A DNA stretch of 64,000 nt from positions 75,642,001 to 75,706,000 of the forward strand of contig CM059432.1 of NCBI GenBank assembly GCA_030390025.1, given 5' to 3'. The stretch comes from Squalus acanthias. Taxonomy: Eukaryota. Shown here in pieces: positions 11,021 through 23,153 of the stretch. Each line of letters begins with the position of its first letter. Position 1 is the stretch's first letter. The notes beneath the pieces were generated by a model, which worked only from the letters and a program-made list of their open reading frames with translations, made no database searches and was not told the origin of the DNA. A program made the position numbers and the translations under genes.

Positions 11021-12867
11021 GGCCTAGAAAAGCGATATCAGTAAACACCTGCCGGTGCCACTACGGGCCGATTTTAACAGCTGCCGAAAATGATGCCGCT
11101 GGCAGGACTGGTAAATTGATGCTGGTGGCTAATTAACATTAGCCCAGCGCTAAACTTATTGCGCAACGCTGTTCTGGTGACATTAGTCCTGGCCACAGGT
11201 CCCAATGTAGCGTGGCCAGTAGCATCATTGCAGCAAGAACAGCCTGATCTTAAAGCAAGGCTGTCATTTCAGAAAGCAGTTCCCCTTAAAGAGGAACGAC
11301 CTTTTGAAATGAAAAAAATTAAAATCATGTAAGAATAGGCAGTTTTTAGCCCTTACAGCTCAACTTATGAAAAAAATAACATTAAAAAAATTCCCAAATG
11401 GGAATCTTTAGCTCTTAAAGCTAAATTGCCTTCTACACCTAAAAAAATGCAAAAGTGCTTCAGCACTAACACAAATGCCTCAGTAAGCCAGGGAAGGGGC
11501 ACCCAGGGTCTCGCACGCAGCACTCCAGCTTTGTGCAGGGGATCAACACTGCAAGAGAGGTCCTCTACCCACAGAGGCCAGGAGGCTCTCCAGAAATAAC
11601 AATGTGGGACCAGATCACCGAGTACTTCACTGCCAGCAATGTCACCCCCACCACCTGGCTCCAGTGCCCAAAGAAGCTTCATGACCTCAGACCAGTGGTC
11701 AAGGTCAGTGAATGCATCTTCAAAAGCCGTCTCCTACCAACTGCATCACTAACCTCATACACTTCTCAATGCACGACTTCCCCCCCCCCCCGCCCCCACC
11801 TAAATCACTCACCTACCAACAATCTGTACCAAACATGAGGCACATCTCCCATTCCTAGCTTCACCTCACCCCTTTGGAGGAGACAGTACTGACCATTCTT
11901 GCATGCACCTCTTGCTTTCCCTCCCTCCCTCCCCTCACCATAACTCCACCCTTGTGCCTTCCTCAGTTGATTTCTTGATGTCACATTGGATGGATAGATG
12001 TAGAAAGTTGATTGTGAAGAAAGCTTTGTGGTGGCTTTTATTTCAGCATTGTGGCCAAGAGGACACTGTGATGGTAAAAGAAGGAAGGTAAGGTGTGAGA
12101 CAAATGTTGAAAGGGGAATTGGGGTTGTGGTCACTGGTACCACAGGCGGATGATTCCATCCCGGATATCCTGGCCAGAAAGGGGCTGTCTGAGTTGCATC
12201 CTTCCTTCTGTTTCCTCCTCTTCTGTGTCTTCCTCTTCTGCACCTTCCTCTTCCCTCTGCGAGCGGATGCTGGAAATCTGAAATAAAAGCATAAAATGCT
12301 GGAAATACTCAGCAGGTCAGGCAGCATCTTGATCTGAGATGTGAACTCTGTTTCTCTCTCCACGGATGCTGCCTGGCCTGTTGAGTATTTCCAGCATTTT
12401 CTGTCTTCTTAGAGGCCTTCCTTTACTATCTGAGGCCTTGCAAGCATCTAGCAGCACTGCCTGCACATTTAAAAAACTTTAACCATGTATTGCACCAAGG
12501 CACTACTTCAATAAAATATTAAAAATCCAGTCCAAAAGCTTAAATGCAAACTTACCTGAAAGATGTGTGTGTCAACTTTAAGAAGTACTGACAGCATTTC
12601 TGTCAATCTGCTACACGCTCGCTTTTCAGAGCTTAGGACCCAGCACTAAACTCAGCGCTAAGGTCGAAGTTCGCAGTGCACGCCGACTGATGTCAAACTC
12701 TCCCTATTTGCATCTCCGGGGCCAGCGCTGCTATCGGCAGTGCTAAGGCCCTCACCAAAATGGCGGCTGCCGAGTCCCACGCCAGAGAAGGGCATTAGAG
12801 TGGCGGCTGCCATTTTTCGCTTGGATTCAGTGCTAATGGGTGGCGATAAGTAGCCCATTTCTGGGCC
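11021..12867 (-). mobile_element. Internally deleted Harbinger, inverted relative of 26586-28685
   Basis: TIRs GGCCTAGAAAAGCG and GGCCCAGAAATGGG, flanked by AGA/AAA. Myb exon remnant on + (AREVLYPQ...WLQCPKKLHDLRPVVK|VS, 11475-11703). Confidence 0.8.
12262..12406. repeat. Penelope-like terminal fragment forming a short inverted repeat
   Basis: AAAATGCTGGAAATACTCAGCAGGTCAGGCAGCATC followed by its reverse complement GATGCTGCCTGGCCTGTTGAGTATTTCCAGCATTTT. Same sequence at 21380-21510. Confidence 0.6.
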
Positions 12868-13869
12868 AAAGTGCCTGGTCCACCACCTGTGAGTAACCCG
12901 ATTTAAATAAGTGAAAATGACATTAAAAAACTATACAGAACCTCTACTAATTGCATTGGTGTACAGTAGTCAGTTTGTTAAAAACATTTTAAAATTAAAA
13001 GGTGCCTATTAGTGCCCTTGTGCCTAAAAAAAAAGCTTAATTTTAAGAGCCTCCTCGAAGGCCCGCAAACAGTCGCATTAGTGGAAACTCGTCATGGTGA
13101 TTAATTTGTTTTGAGGGCGTGGTCAGTTTTGTGGGCAGAGCCGGCTTCCAGCACAATATTTTTTAAACAAACACAAAAGTTTGCGGAAACGCAATTTGCA
13201 CTGGGCGTAATATGCGCTTGAAGTTCCTCGATCTTTTGCGCTGGTTTGGCCAATTACAGGCAAATTGTGCTGGAATACCAGCGCTACCTAGCGGAAACTT
13301 CAGGCCCTGATTCTTCATGGTTAATTAGGTTGAGGTGATGTATAAGTTTCACCACTTCCTGTTTCTATTCAGTGTCCAACAATTCTTAATTTAAAATGCA
13401 TAGATTCAAATTTCATTTCAGGATTTCTGTTCTGTTGATGGTATGACATGCTGCTGAAGATAACTAAGAGGCCTAAAACTGAATTGAGCACATATCGAGT
13501 ATCTTTTCTGTGTGTGAGAAATGTTTAATGAAAATCTATCTAAAATGTGTTAAAGTTTTATGTCTGTGTGCACTTCCTGTCCGCACCATTTGACTTTCTG
13601 TTGTCATGTTTTTGTCAGATGTTTTATATCAACTTTTTCCATTATAAATTCCTATATTCACATTTATAATGGAAACCATGTATGTAAACTTGTCACTCTG
13701 TGCAATTTGCCCAACCACAATTCTCAAAATGCAATCTGAATTTTTTTTCCGTCTGTCATTATTAGCAAAATTAAAATGACAAAAGTTACATATTTTGCAA
13801 TAACATGATTAAGTTCTTCTATCAAATTGCCTTTGTGCCTTTTAATACTTTTGTTCAAGTTTTTAAGTT

Positions 13870-14372
13870 AAAATCCTCAGCTTCTCAAAAACCTGGGCTT
13901 GGAGGAACAGGAGTGTTTTTAGTCTCGGGGATAGCACGTGCCACAGGGGGCCTCATTAATATGCAAAAGTTGCAATTAATACTGCGACACGATTTTAATT
14001 CCTGATCGTGGAAGCTGTACATAGTGCCGAACCCGCCAGTGAAACCTGACGCAAGCAGTAGTGGGGCCAGAAGAGGCTCAGGATGGTCTGTATTTTAAAT
14101 TTTATTATGGTTTAGAAGGAGCAGGAGTGCTCCTCTTGGCCCCACAAGGAAACCTTGGGCTTCCCCTGTCACTCCCTCGACCACAAACCCCTTCAGACCA
14201 ACTCCCGGTCACTTACCTTCGTACCAGGAACCATTACCTGGCAGTCCGACATCAGACAAATGAGGCCCAGGATTTAAAATCTGACCGGGCTTCACGCAAC
14301 GTCATCATGGGCGCTTCCCGCCCATTCCAGCCCCCGCACATCACACTTGTGCTGAGAAGTTAAAATTGGGTG
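13870..14372. mobile_element. Harbinger-type MITE fragment
   Basis: Shared GGAGCAGGAGTGCTCCTC motif and GTTAAAATTGGG end. Confidence 0.5.
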
Positions 14373-14419
14373 TAAATTTCTGCTAGTAGAGCCAATTTTG
14401 TTTACTTTTCTGCACTAAT

Positions 14420-14810
14420 TTTTTTTTAAATTCATTCACGGGATGTGGGTGTCACTGGCAAGGCCAGAATATATTGCCCAATGCTAATTGCCCTTAACTG
14501 AGTGGCTTGTTAGGCCATTTCAGAGGGCAGTTAAGAGTCAACCACATTGCTGTGGGTCACACATGTAGGCCAGACCAGCTAAGGGTATGAAATTTCTACA
14601 GGGCATTAGAGAACCAGATGGGTTTTTATGATAATCATTTCATGGTCACCATTACTGATACTAGTTTTATTTTATTCCAGAATTATTAATTAACTCAATT
14701 TAAACTCCACAGCTGTTGTGGTGGGATTTGAACTCAAGTCCCTCAGCATTATTAGTCCAGGTCTCTGGGTTGCTAAGTCCAGTAACATAACTACTACGCT
14801 ACTGAACCCC
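14420..14810 (-). mobile_element. tRNA-derived SINE made of the 5' UTR and 3' UTR of the tRNA-headed LINE
   Basis: A-box-like TAGCGTAGTAG and B-box GAGTTCAAATCCC on -. 14496-14810 matches LINE 5' ends (4735-4902, 37362-37590). 14420-14495 matches LINE 3' tails (1547-1617, 17345-17417, 35098-35167). Confidence 0.88.
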
Positions 14811-15730
14811 AATACTAAATGCTGGTTATAAAATAAGCAAAGGACCCGACTGTACACAGGACTATATGTGTATATTGTAAAATAAGAAGTGAGTTGCTAA
14901 CAGAAGGTTTTATTGTGAATTTACTTTGACTGAGTCCTAGTGCTAAATACTGAAGGCAAAAGGCCTTTCAAAGCATTCATTTGAGATTAACATCAGCTGC
15001 AGGGAACCTGGGGAGATTTGTTTCTGGATGAACACAGTGTTTTTTTTAATGTTGGGGGTGTGCTAGCAAAACAAAGGGTGCAAACTTTACTGTAAAATAA
15101 CTAGTGCCGATCTAAAGGTGGGCACCCTTAGAATTAGTTATTTTTTAGTTAATAAGCTCGCACTTTTTAGAAGGAAAGTTTGTTTCACAATTGATAATAC
15201 AAGAGAACTAATTAATTCTAGCTCATTTTGCGATGCTTTCACCTAAAGCAGTATTTATCATACCTACCCCATAAATTTCCCTTAAACTGTACATAAAATT
15301 GGGGTGCAATTACCCCCAATCAGATCTGCGTTAGTGTGCTATTTTTTAAATTGTCATCTGCTTCAGGACTCCACGGAAAAAACCCCATTACAGTTAACCA
15401 TGATAAAGAGATAGACACACATAGGTGACCTTCAGCAAAGGATATTCCCTTGCAGTGAGCCCATTTATCAGAAAAAAATGGAGACTTGTTTTGTTGACAG
15501 TATGACTATAGCCTTTATTTACAGTAAAGCAAGAATACAGTTGTACACTGGTTTATTTATTGGCAGAGTTGCACTTTACAGAATTTACTGAATTTACAGA
15601 ATTTACAGAAAATTACAGAGAATTTACAGAAAAATACATCAATATAATGAGTCTGTCAGCCTAATTGGGCATATTGGTACAATAATTTTATGCACTTCAA
15701 AATCAGGGTAATTTACTTATTTTTAAGATT

Positions 15731-15992
15731 TTTTATGATGTTAAAGATCATCTCAGCAAAGATCATCTCAGTGGGGTAATGAAAAGACATTGAAAAATAC
15801 AAAGAACAAACAAATAACTAAGACAGATGAGAAAATGGGGGAAATTAGAAAAATAACACACAAAGGTTGCAGATACAGATCTGAAATGCTGAGAAACAAA
15901 TAGTGCGTATGTCAGTCCCACAAGGAGATAAAAGAGGCCGACACCAAAGGTGCAGCCCCACCCTCCAACTATCAGAACTGTATCTGACAAAG
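15731..15992 (+). repeat. Diverged direct repeat, copy A (copy B at 17967-18203), possibly Penelope-derived
   Basis: Shared blocks AAAGATCATCTCAG, GAAATTAGAAAAATAACACACAAAGG and AACTATCAGAACTGTATCTGACAAAGGG. Confidence 0.8.
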
Positions 15993-17344
15993 GGGGGGAA
16001 AATTCGTCCCCTTAGCGCCTCCCGTTACCGCCAGTAGATGGCGCTAATGGGCACTAGACCAGTATTGCCGGGGTGAGGCGAATCCAGCGCCGCACGGCAA
16101 ATCCTATCCCCCCATAGCGCCACCAGTAAGAGCTATCGCCGGGAACGTCAACACCAGGTGGATCGTGATGTCAGTGAGCATGCAACGCTCATTGACTGCC
16201 CGATCTGCTAAGTTGATTCTCACCACTTACCTTAGCGCCTGGATTAAACACTGACAGGGCGTGAAGCACCAGGAAGCCGGCTCCAGGGACGTTATTTAAA
16301 GGGATCATCAGTAATCACTCGCAGCTGTCAGGTTAGTGCAGTTTCAGTGGTTTCTTGTCAGTTTCACGTACCGCAAGTTTCATTCAGTAATTTCAAGGTT
16401 CTTTTGTATCAGGAGTCTTGTGGCAACTAAAAAGTAGTTACATTTATTCTTCAAAGAATCAAACTGCTACAATTGGTAACATTAATGGGGGCTATACTGG
16501 CAGTCAACTTCGCCCTCCAGGATCTACGGCGGAGGGAGCATAGGCAGCGAGAAAGACGGGAACATGTGCGCAGAGGGATGAGGAGGGACATCAGGGCTCT
16601 CACCAGGAGGCCTTACCCTCTGAGGGTATTCCGAGAGCACTTCTCCTACCTTCAATTAAGTGAGGCGCAGTGTATTAGATGGCTCCGCTTCACCAAGGAG
16701 GTGGTCACAGAACTCTGCCACCTCCACCAAACAGACCTCCAGCCTTACACCAGGATGACTTAAAGCCCAGATCCCCTTTGCTCATCACATCCCCATCATT
16801 CCATCCGTCTTGCAGGCCATATCACAGTGCAAAGCTGAAATGAGACACACCACAAAAGAATGGTAAGTGAATTAATAAATTTATCAAAAATCAGTGAACA
16901 CATTTTTACACAAAAATATGAACTATTCACCCTTGTGAAATCCCTTAGTGCCTGTCATTACTGTGCCTTTGCCTACTCTAGTGCTCCTACGAAGCGTTGG
17001 CCCACTGGCTGCAGCACGGTCGGTGGAAGGCTGCTGAGTGTCCGTGGGGCAGACTTCAGATGGCCTTGCAGGACGCCCTCGACCAGCTCTGGACCTGGAA
17101 GGCCCGGCTGTAGACTGCACCACCTCAGCATGGGCGGCAGCAGTCTGGGCTGGCTGGATGACAGGCAGCGACAAGGGCAATGGCTGAGTGCCAGTGGTGG
17201 GAGCAGGAATGCTGTCATCCTGAGACAGGACAGCAGGTTCCTGTTCCACTGGCTCACCCTTATCCACCCTGCTCGTTACATCCTCAAAGAACTCCAGCAA
17301 ATTTGGGTTGCATAACCTGCATGCATAAATGCAAAGCAGGAGAT
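15993..17344 (+). mobile_element. Truncated Harbinger of a distinct family
   Basis: Left TIR GGGGGGAAAATTCG after AAG. Transposase N-terminus RRPYPLRVFREHFSYLQLSEAQCIRWLRFTKEVV (16473-16763). Myb-partner C-terminus on - (16923-17245). Confidence 0.8.
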
Positions 17345-17972
17345 TTTTTTTTATTCGCTTATGGGATCTGGGCGTCGCTGGCAAGGCCAGCATTTATTGC
17401 CCATCCCTAGTTGGCCTTGAGAAGGCAGTGGTGAGCCGCCTTCTTAAACTAGTGCAGTCCGTGTGGTGAAGGTACTCCCACAGTGCTGTTAGGTAGGGAG
17501 TTCCAGGATTTTGACCCAGCGACGATGAAGGATTGGCGATATACTTCCAAGTCAGGATTGTGTGACTTGGAGTGGAACTTGGAGGTGGTGGTGTTCCCAT
17601 GCGCCTGCTGCCCTTGCCCTTCTAGGTGGAAGAGGTCGCGGGTTTGGGAGGTGCTGCCGAAGAAGCCTTGATGAGTTGCTGCAGTGCATCTTGTAGATGA
17701 TACACACTGCAGCCACGGTACGCTGGTGGTGGAGGGAGTGAATGTTTAAGGTGGTGGATGGGGTGCCAATCAAGTGGGCTGTTTTGTCTTGGATGGTGTC
17801 GAGCTTCTTGAGTGTTGTTGGAGCTGCAATCATCCAGGCAAGTGGAGAGTATTCCATCACACTCCTGACTTGTGCCTTGTAGAAGGTGGAAAGTCTTTGG
17901 GGAGTCAGGTGGTGAGACACTCGCTGCAGAATACCTAGCCTCTGACCTGCTCTTGTTGCCACATTATTTATG
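17345..17972 (-). mobile_element. 3' fragment of the tRNA-headed LINE family
   Basis: Near-identical to 1547-2155; RAGQRLGIL and YKAQVRSVMEYSPLAWM. Confidence 0.9.
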
Positions 17973-18240
17973 ATAGAAAAGATCATCTCAGTAAAGATAT
18001 CTCAGTGGGGTGATGAAAAGACTTCTAAAAAGTATGAAAGAAAGAAAATTACTAAGACAGTGGGAATACCCAAGGAAATAAGTGAGAAAGTGGGAGAAAT
18101 TAGAAAAATAACACACAAAGGGTGCAGATACAGGACTGAAATACTGAAAAACAAATAGTACGTATATCAGTCCCGAACTATCAGAACTGTATCTGACAAA
18201 GGGTCTTCACTCTGAATATCAACTTGTCTCCCTTCTCCCC
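17967..18240 (+). repeat. Diverged direct repeat, copy B
   Basis: Homologous to 15731-15992 and carries the empty site of the 15993 Harbinger insertion. Confidence 0.75.
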
Positions 18241-18765
18241 TCTGACACATCCACCTCCCCCCACAACTGTTTGCTTTAATAGGGATATAGCTACAGTGTG
18301 AATTTACTGAAGAAAAAAATGTGCAAATTGCTAAGACTGTGGGCCTCTTAAAATGATATGCACCTGTCAGACCTGAATCTAACTGCTGCCTCCAAGCTCT
18401 GCACACGAGCAATAAAATTCAGTGACGTACTGCCCAAATGGCAGTTAAATTTTTAATTTTAAGTAGATAGCTGCTTAATTTCTTAAGATTCTTAAGAATT
18501 TCTGAAGATTCACTTTGCACTGCAGCTAATGTGAAGTCAAAGTGATGATGAACTACATCATCGAGGTGATGTCACATATGATCTGACCAACATCACTCTG
18601 AGTTATATTACACTACTGTTTGTGTTGCTGTTTTGGCCTTAAATCAAAACTATGTTGTATAACTGCCCTGTTAAAACAATAATGGGCTTGTTTTCTTTAC
18701 ATTAACTAGTGACTAGGAAAAAATGCTTTTTATCTGAAGAAATTCTAGCAAAATTTTGTCTTTCG

Positions 18766-19051
18766 GATGAAACGTTAAACCGTCTGCTCTCTCAGGTGGA
18801 CGTTAAAGATCACATGGCACTATTCGAAGAAGAGCAGGGGAGTTATCCCCGGTATCGTGGCCAATATATATCCCTCAATCAACATCACTAAAACAGATTA
18901 TTTGGTCATTATCACATTGCTGTTTGTGGGAGCTTGCTGCGTGCAAATTGGCTGCCACGTTTCCTACATTACAACAGTGACTACACTTCAAAAGTATTGG
19001 AATGTCCGGTGGTCGTGAAAGGCGCTATATAAATGCAAATCTTTCTTTCTT
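18766..19051 (+). mobile_element. 5'-truncated Deu-domain SINE
   Basis: AAAGATCACATGGCACTATTCGAAGAAGAGCAGGGGAG...GGCGCTATATAAATGCAA(TCTT)n; matches 38136-38458. Confidence 0.85.
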
Positions 19052-20807
19052 CAAAACAATTTTTTTATAGACCAACCATATTAAGTTTGTATTTGCGGTG
19101 CTAGAAGAAATAGCTGAGACCAATTTTTTTCATCCGATGAGGGGATTTAAAATAACATTTTTTAGAGACTATAGATTTTCCAAATCAATGGAATTGGGGG
19201 TAGCTGCGTCTGCAAGCTGCGCATTTAGAGAACCTGCGGCATGCTGCCTTTGATTTTTCAACCATTTATTTTAATGAACAGAAAATCATTGTTAAGACGC
19301 CCACAGTTTCCCAATATCCATTCCTGATGTGCATGACCAGCATGCAAGGTGACCCACTAGTAGCGCACATTCATAAATTATAATTTTATTACATTTCATT
19401 TGGAGGTGCAGTTATTATTTATTTCATACTGTTACATGCCACACACACAATGACATTTCAATGTTAACTTTGTTTCTACAACCATATTTATACTTAATAT
19501 ATGAAAAAGATCTACACTGTCGATTTTGATTAATTTATAATTTTACACTTCAAACTTTTTCTAGCATGATAAATATAAACAAACTTGACAGTATTTAGGT
19601 TCAAGCACACAACACCTTTTCTGCTAGTTAGTGCCTTAAATGTGAAAGCACTCGAGGCTCACACAGCCCACTAGCATTGTCTGTCATGCCTGAGAATCGT
19701 TTGCTACGAATATGAAAGGACTGTTATACAGACCCACTATAACATTTGTCCAGTCAGCAAGTCATTAAGTCCAAATTGAAAGTCTTTTGATGTATCAGAA
19801 AGTGTCTGGAAGTGGCAGTGTCTCCCTAAAAGCTTTGTGCTTAAAAATCCACAAAAGTAACCAGTGTACACAGATGGTGCAGATCTGTGGCCCACAGGAG
19901 AAGGGTTGTTCACTTGGTGTCTCCCCATATTAGAGGAAGTGTCGCTATTGATGGATGATGTCTCTCCACTCTGGGGGAGGGGTAGTCACAGAAGGCAGAA
20001 TAAGTGATCTGGGTCGAGGAAACAGCCCTTTAGGATTTTCCATAGGGACCTATTAAAAACCTATTTTCCTCAGCCTCACTTTGGGGAATTTGAAACTGAT
20101 GTTGGGAAATGTAGTTTTTAATAAGGCAATTTTTCATGTGAAATATGTGAAAAATTATGATGTCATGAAATACTCAATATAAAACAATACAATACTTCAT
20201 TTCCAACAAAAATATAAAACACAAAAGTGCTGGAAATACACCACACAAAATACAGAGAAATCTGACAAAGAGGGGCTAATTTTCAACTTCACCCATTGTA
20301 GAACCTGCCAATTTTCACCCCTTTGATTTCAGTTGAAATGTTAACCTGCCATCTCATTTTAGAGCTGATGGAGCTGCTATATATATATAGGAGAGCTTAA
20401 CTAGCCTAACAGCAAAGCACACCAATGGCACACAATGTATTTGTTTTGTAGAGAGGTAATAATTTTATAGCAGATTAGTAGTAATCAAATGATTTTTCAA
20501 AGCCTGCTGGAGATGGAATGGCCATCAAGGCCTCTCAGAACAGCATTCCATGAACACAGTGTTCCACCTTCGAGCATGGGATGACTGTCTACTGTCAGCT
20601 GATAGTTGTAAAGAAACTTGTGACCTAGGATTTTTTGTTAGCCCTGCACCACATGCCTCTTTTGTGGCTAAAGGTGGTGATTTAGAGGCAAGAAGTCATC
20701 ATGGGGGGAAGGGTACATTTGGAAAAATAGACAGAACAAATCAAAATAAATCAATCTTTTGTTTCTATATACCCAGCTGGCTCGAGTTCAGTGTTATGCT
20801 GAGGAAC

Positions 20808-21340
20808 CATAGAACATAAGAACATAAGAAATAGGAGCAGGAGTAGGCCAATTGGCCCCTCGAGCCTGCTCCGCCATTCAATAAGATCATGGCTGATCTG
20901 ATCCTAACCGCCAATCTACTATCACAGAGCCATCTCCTGAATCTAACAGAATTGGACACACGAAATAGGAGCAGGATCAGGCTACACGGCCCCTGGGCCC
21001 GCTCCGCTACCCACAGGGCCATGACCGATCCGAACCTAGACTCATGTCCAAATTCCTGCCCGCTCCCCGTAACCCTTAATTCCCTTTACTTCTAGGAAAC
21101 TGTCTATTTCTGTTTTAAATTTATTTAATGATGTAGCTTCTACAGCTTTTTGGGGCAGCATATTCCATGAACCTACCACCCTCTGAGTGAAGTAGTTCCT
21201 TCTCATCTCAGTTTTGAAAGAGCAGCCCCTTATTCTAAGACTATGTCCCCTAGTTCTAGTTTCACCCATCATCGGGAACATCCTCCCCGCATCCACCCGA
21301 TCCAACCCCTTCACAATCTTTTATGTTTCAATAAGATCTA
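20808..21340 (-). mobile_element. CR1 LINE 3' fragment with doubled 3' UTR
   Basis: MKGLDRVDAGRMFP...TRGHSLRI...FTQRVVGSWNMLP (21042-21314) and (TTCTTATG)n tail. Confidence 0.9.
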
Positions 21341-21379
21341 CTCACATTGGGCAATATTTTAAAAACACTAATATGAAAG

Positions 21380-21510
21380 CAAAATACTGCGGATGCTTGA
21401 AATCTGAAATAAAAATAGAAAGTGCTGGAAATACTAAGCAGGTCAGGCAGCATCTATGGGGAGAGAAACAGAGTTAACGTTTCAGGTCAATGACCTATCG
21501 CCAGAACAGT
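21380..21510. repeat. Penelope-like terminal fragment with degenerate hammerhead-like core
   Basis: Matches 12262-12330. The minus strand reads CTGGCGA-TAGGTC-ATT-GACCT-GAAA. Confidence 0.55.
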
Positions 21511-21530
21511 TTCTTAGATGTTTACAACAT

Positions 21531-22212
21531 GTGCCGGGAATTTCCTTTGGGCTTCTCCTGCTTCGTCGCCATAACTTCATCGGAAATTTGGCATTAACCC
21601 CACTTACTTGTATCAACGGGTTATCTGCCAAACTTCCACCGCAGTTATAGTGATGAAGGAAAAGAACCCCGAGGAAGTTCCCGGTGATAGTGTTTAGCAA
21701 GATTTGGTTTTTAGGACATTCGGTAGAATACCCATTGTAACCAGCAACTTTTTTATTTAGTGCAATGCCAATATAATTTCTTCAGTGTAGTTTATACAAT
21801 ATGCTCATTGTTCCATGCTGGGCATCATATTGAATGTATTGAAGAAACAAAATTCCTCATGCAGGAAATTATATAGAATTGAGTTTATATAATTAATTTT
21901 GTCGAACAACACATTGCATACACTGAAAAAATAACAATGTTGGGTGTCATGCATGTACTGAAGAGACAAGGTTTCTCGTACTCGACATTGTATTGAATTG
22001 GGGAATGTGGCCACTTATGACATGCAGATCGACAATTCAGAAAACATGGCTCCAAAGAAGGTTATTGCCTGGAATTTCTTCAGGTGTTCTACTGATCGGA
22101 TACTGTAACTTTGGCAGAAAATCGGGGAGAACCTCATTTACATGGTTTATCTGGGATTTACGCCAAAGTTACAGCGGCCAATTGGGAGAACTGTGAGGAA
22201 GTTGCCAGTGTA
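21531..22212. mobile_element. Old MITE with long degenerate inverted ends and AT-rich core
   Basis: GGGAATTTCCT...CGCCATAACTTC at the left end mirrors AAAGTTACAGCG...AGGAAGTTGCC at the right end. Confidence 0.5.
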
Positions 22213-23153
22213 TATATTAAAAACCTGTCATGATGGAGATGCAAACAGTAGGTTTCTCAAAAACCTGAACTGTGGGTGAAGCAGTAATCTGTAATGATAT
22301 ATATAAAAAATAGTGATTGGTCTCCAGATTCTAATGGTACTGCACAGGTTTAACCAAGAGCAGGAATCGGGTAGGTGGGGTTGGGGTTGGTGCCAGGCGA
22401 TTGCCAAACTCCACCAAACTTGCCAGCATGAGGCAATTTTTACTTCCGGGACTCATCTACATGCTGCCCGAAACGGAATTTTGGTTGGCAGCATGGGAGG
22501 AGCCCGGGCAGAGGAGGCCTAAAATGTTCTTATGGGGCGCGAAGGATATTAGGTTTGAGAGAGAGAGAAGGGAGAGTCACAAACAAAAGTTTTAAATTTA
22601 AGTAGGGCAAACTTCGAAGGGACTAGAAATGAATTAACTGGGCTGAATTGTTAGTGGGTAAAACTACAGACAAACAATGGCAAGTATTCAAAGTCGTATT
22701 TTGGTGCAATACTAAAACCAGGACATTTTATACGGTTCCACACAAGAGATTATTAGCAAAAATAAAAGTGTATGGAATTGGCGGTAACCTTATGACATGA
22801 GCTGGTAATTGGTTGGGAGATAGGAGACAGAGAAGGGATAAAGGGAATGTTCCCTGATTGGAGGGATGTGACAAGCGATGTTCCCTAGGGATCTGTACTG
22901 GGGCCTCAGCATTTCAGCATATATATTAATGACTTGTATGAAAGAATAGAGAATTGTATATCCATGTTTTCAGATGACACTAAGTTAGGAGGCACAGTAA
23001 GTTGTGTAGATGAGAGTGGGATTTTATAAAGCAATAGAAACAGACTAAGTGAGTGGGAAAATCTATGGCAGATGGAGTTCAATATGGGGAAGTATGAGGT
23101 CATCCACTTTGGATGTGAGAAAAACAAATATTTTCTCAATGGTGAGAGACGAG

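Larger units (their letters stand above)
10720..13307. mobile_element. Old Harbinger-type non-autonomous element hosting the 11021-12867 insertion
   Basis: Right end GGAAACTTCAGGCCC at 13307 and GCGC-rich subterminal motifs. Left boundary uncertain. Confidence 0.5.

Noticed and set aside
14690..14810. Genuine tRNA genes (also 37990-38060 and 34830-34903)
   Set aside because: A/B boxes are present but continue into SINE bodies and lack a clean cloverleaf.
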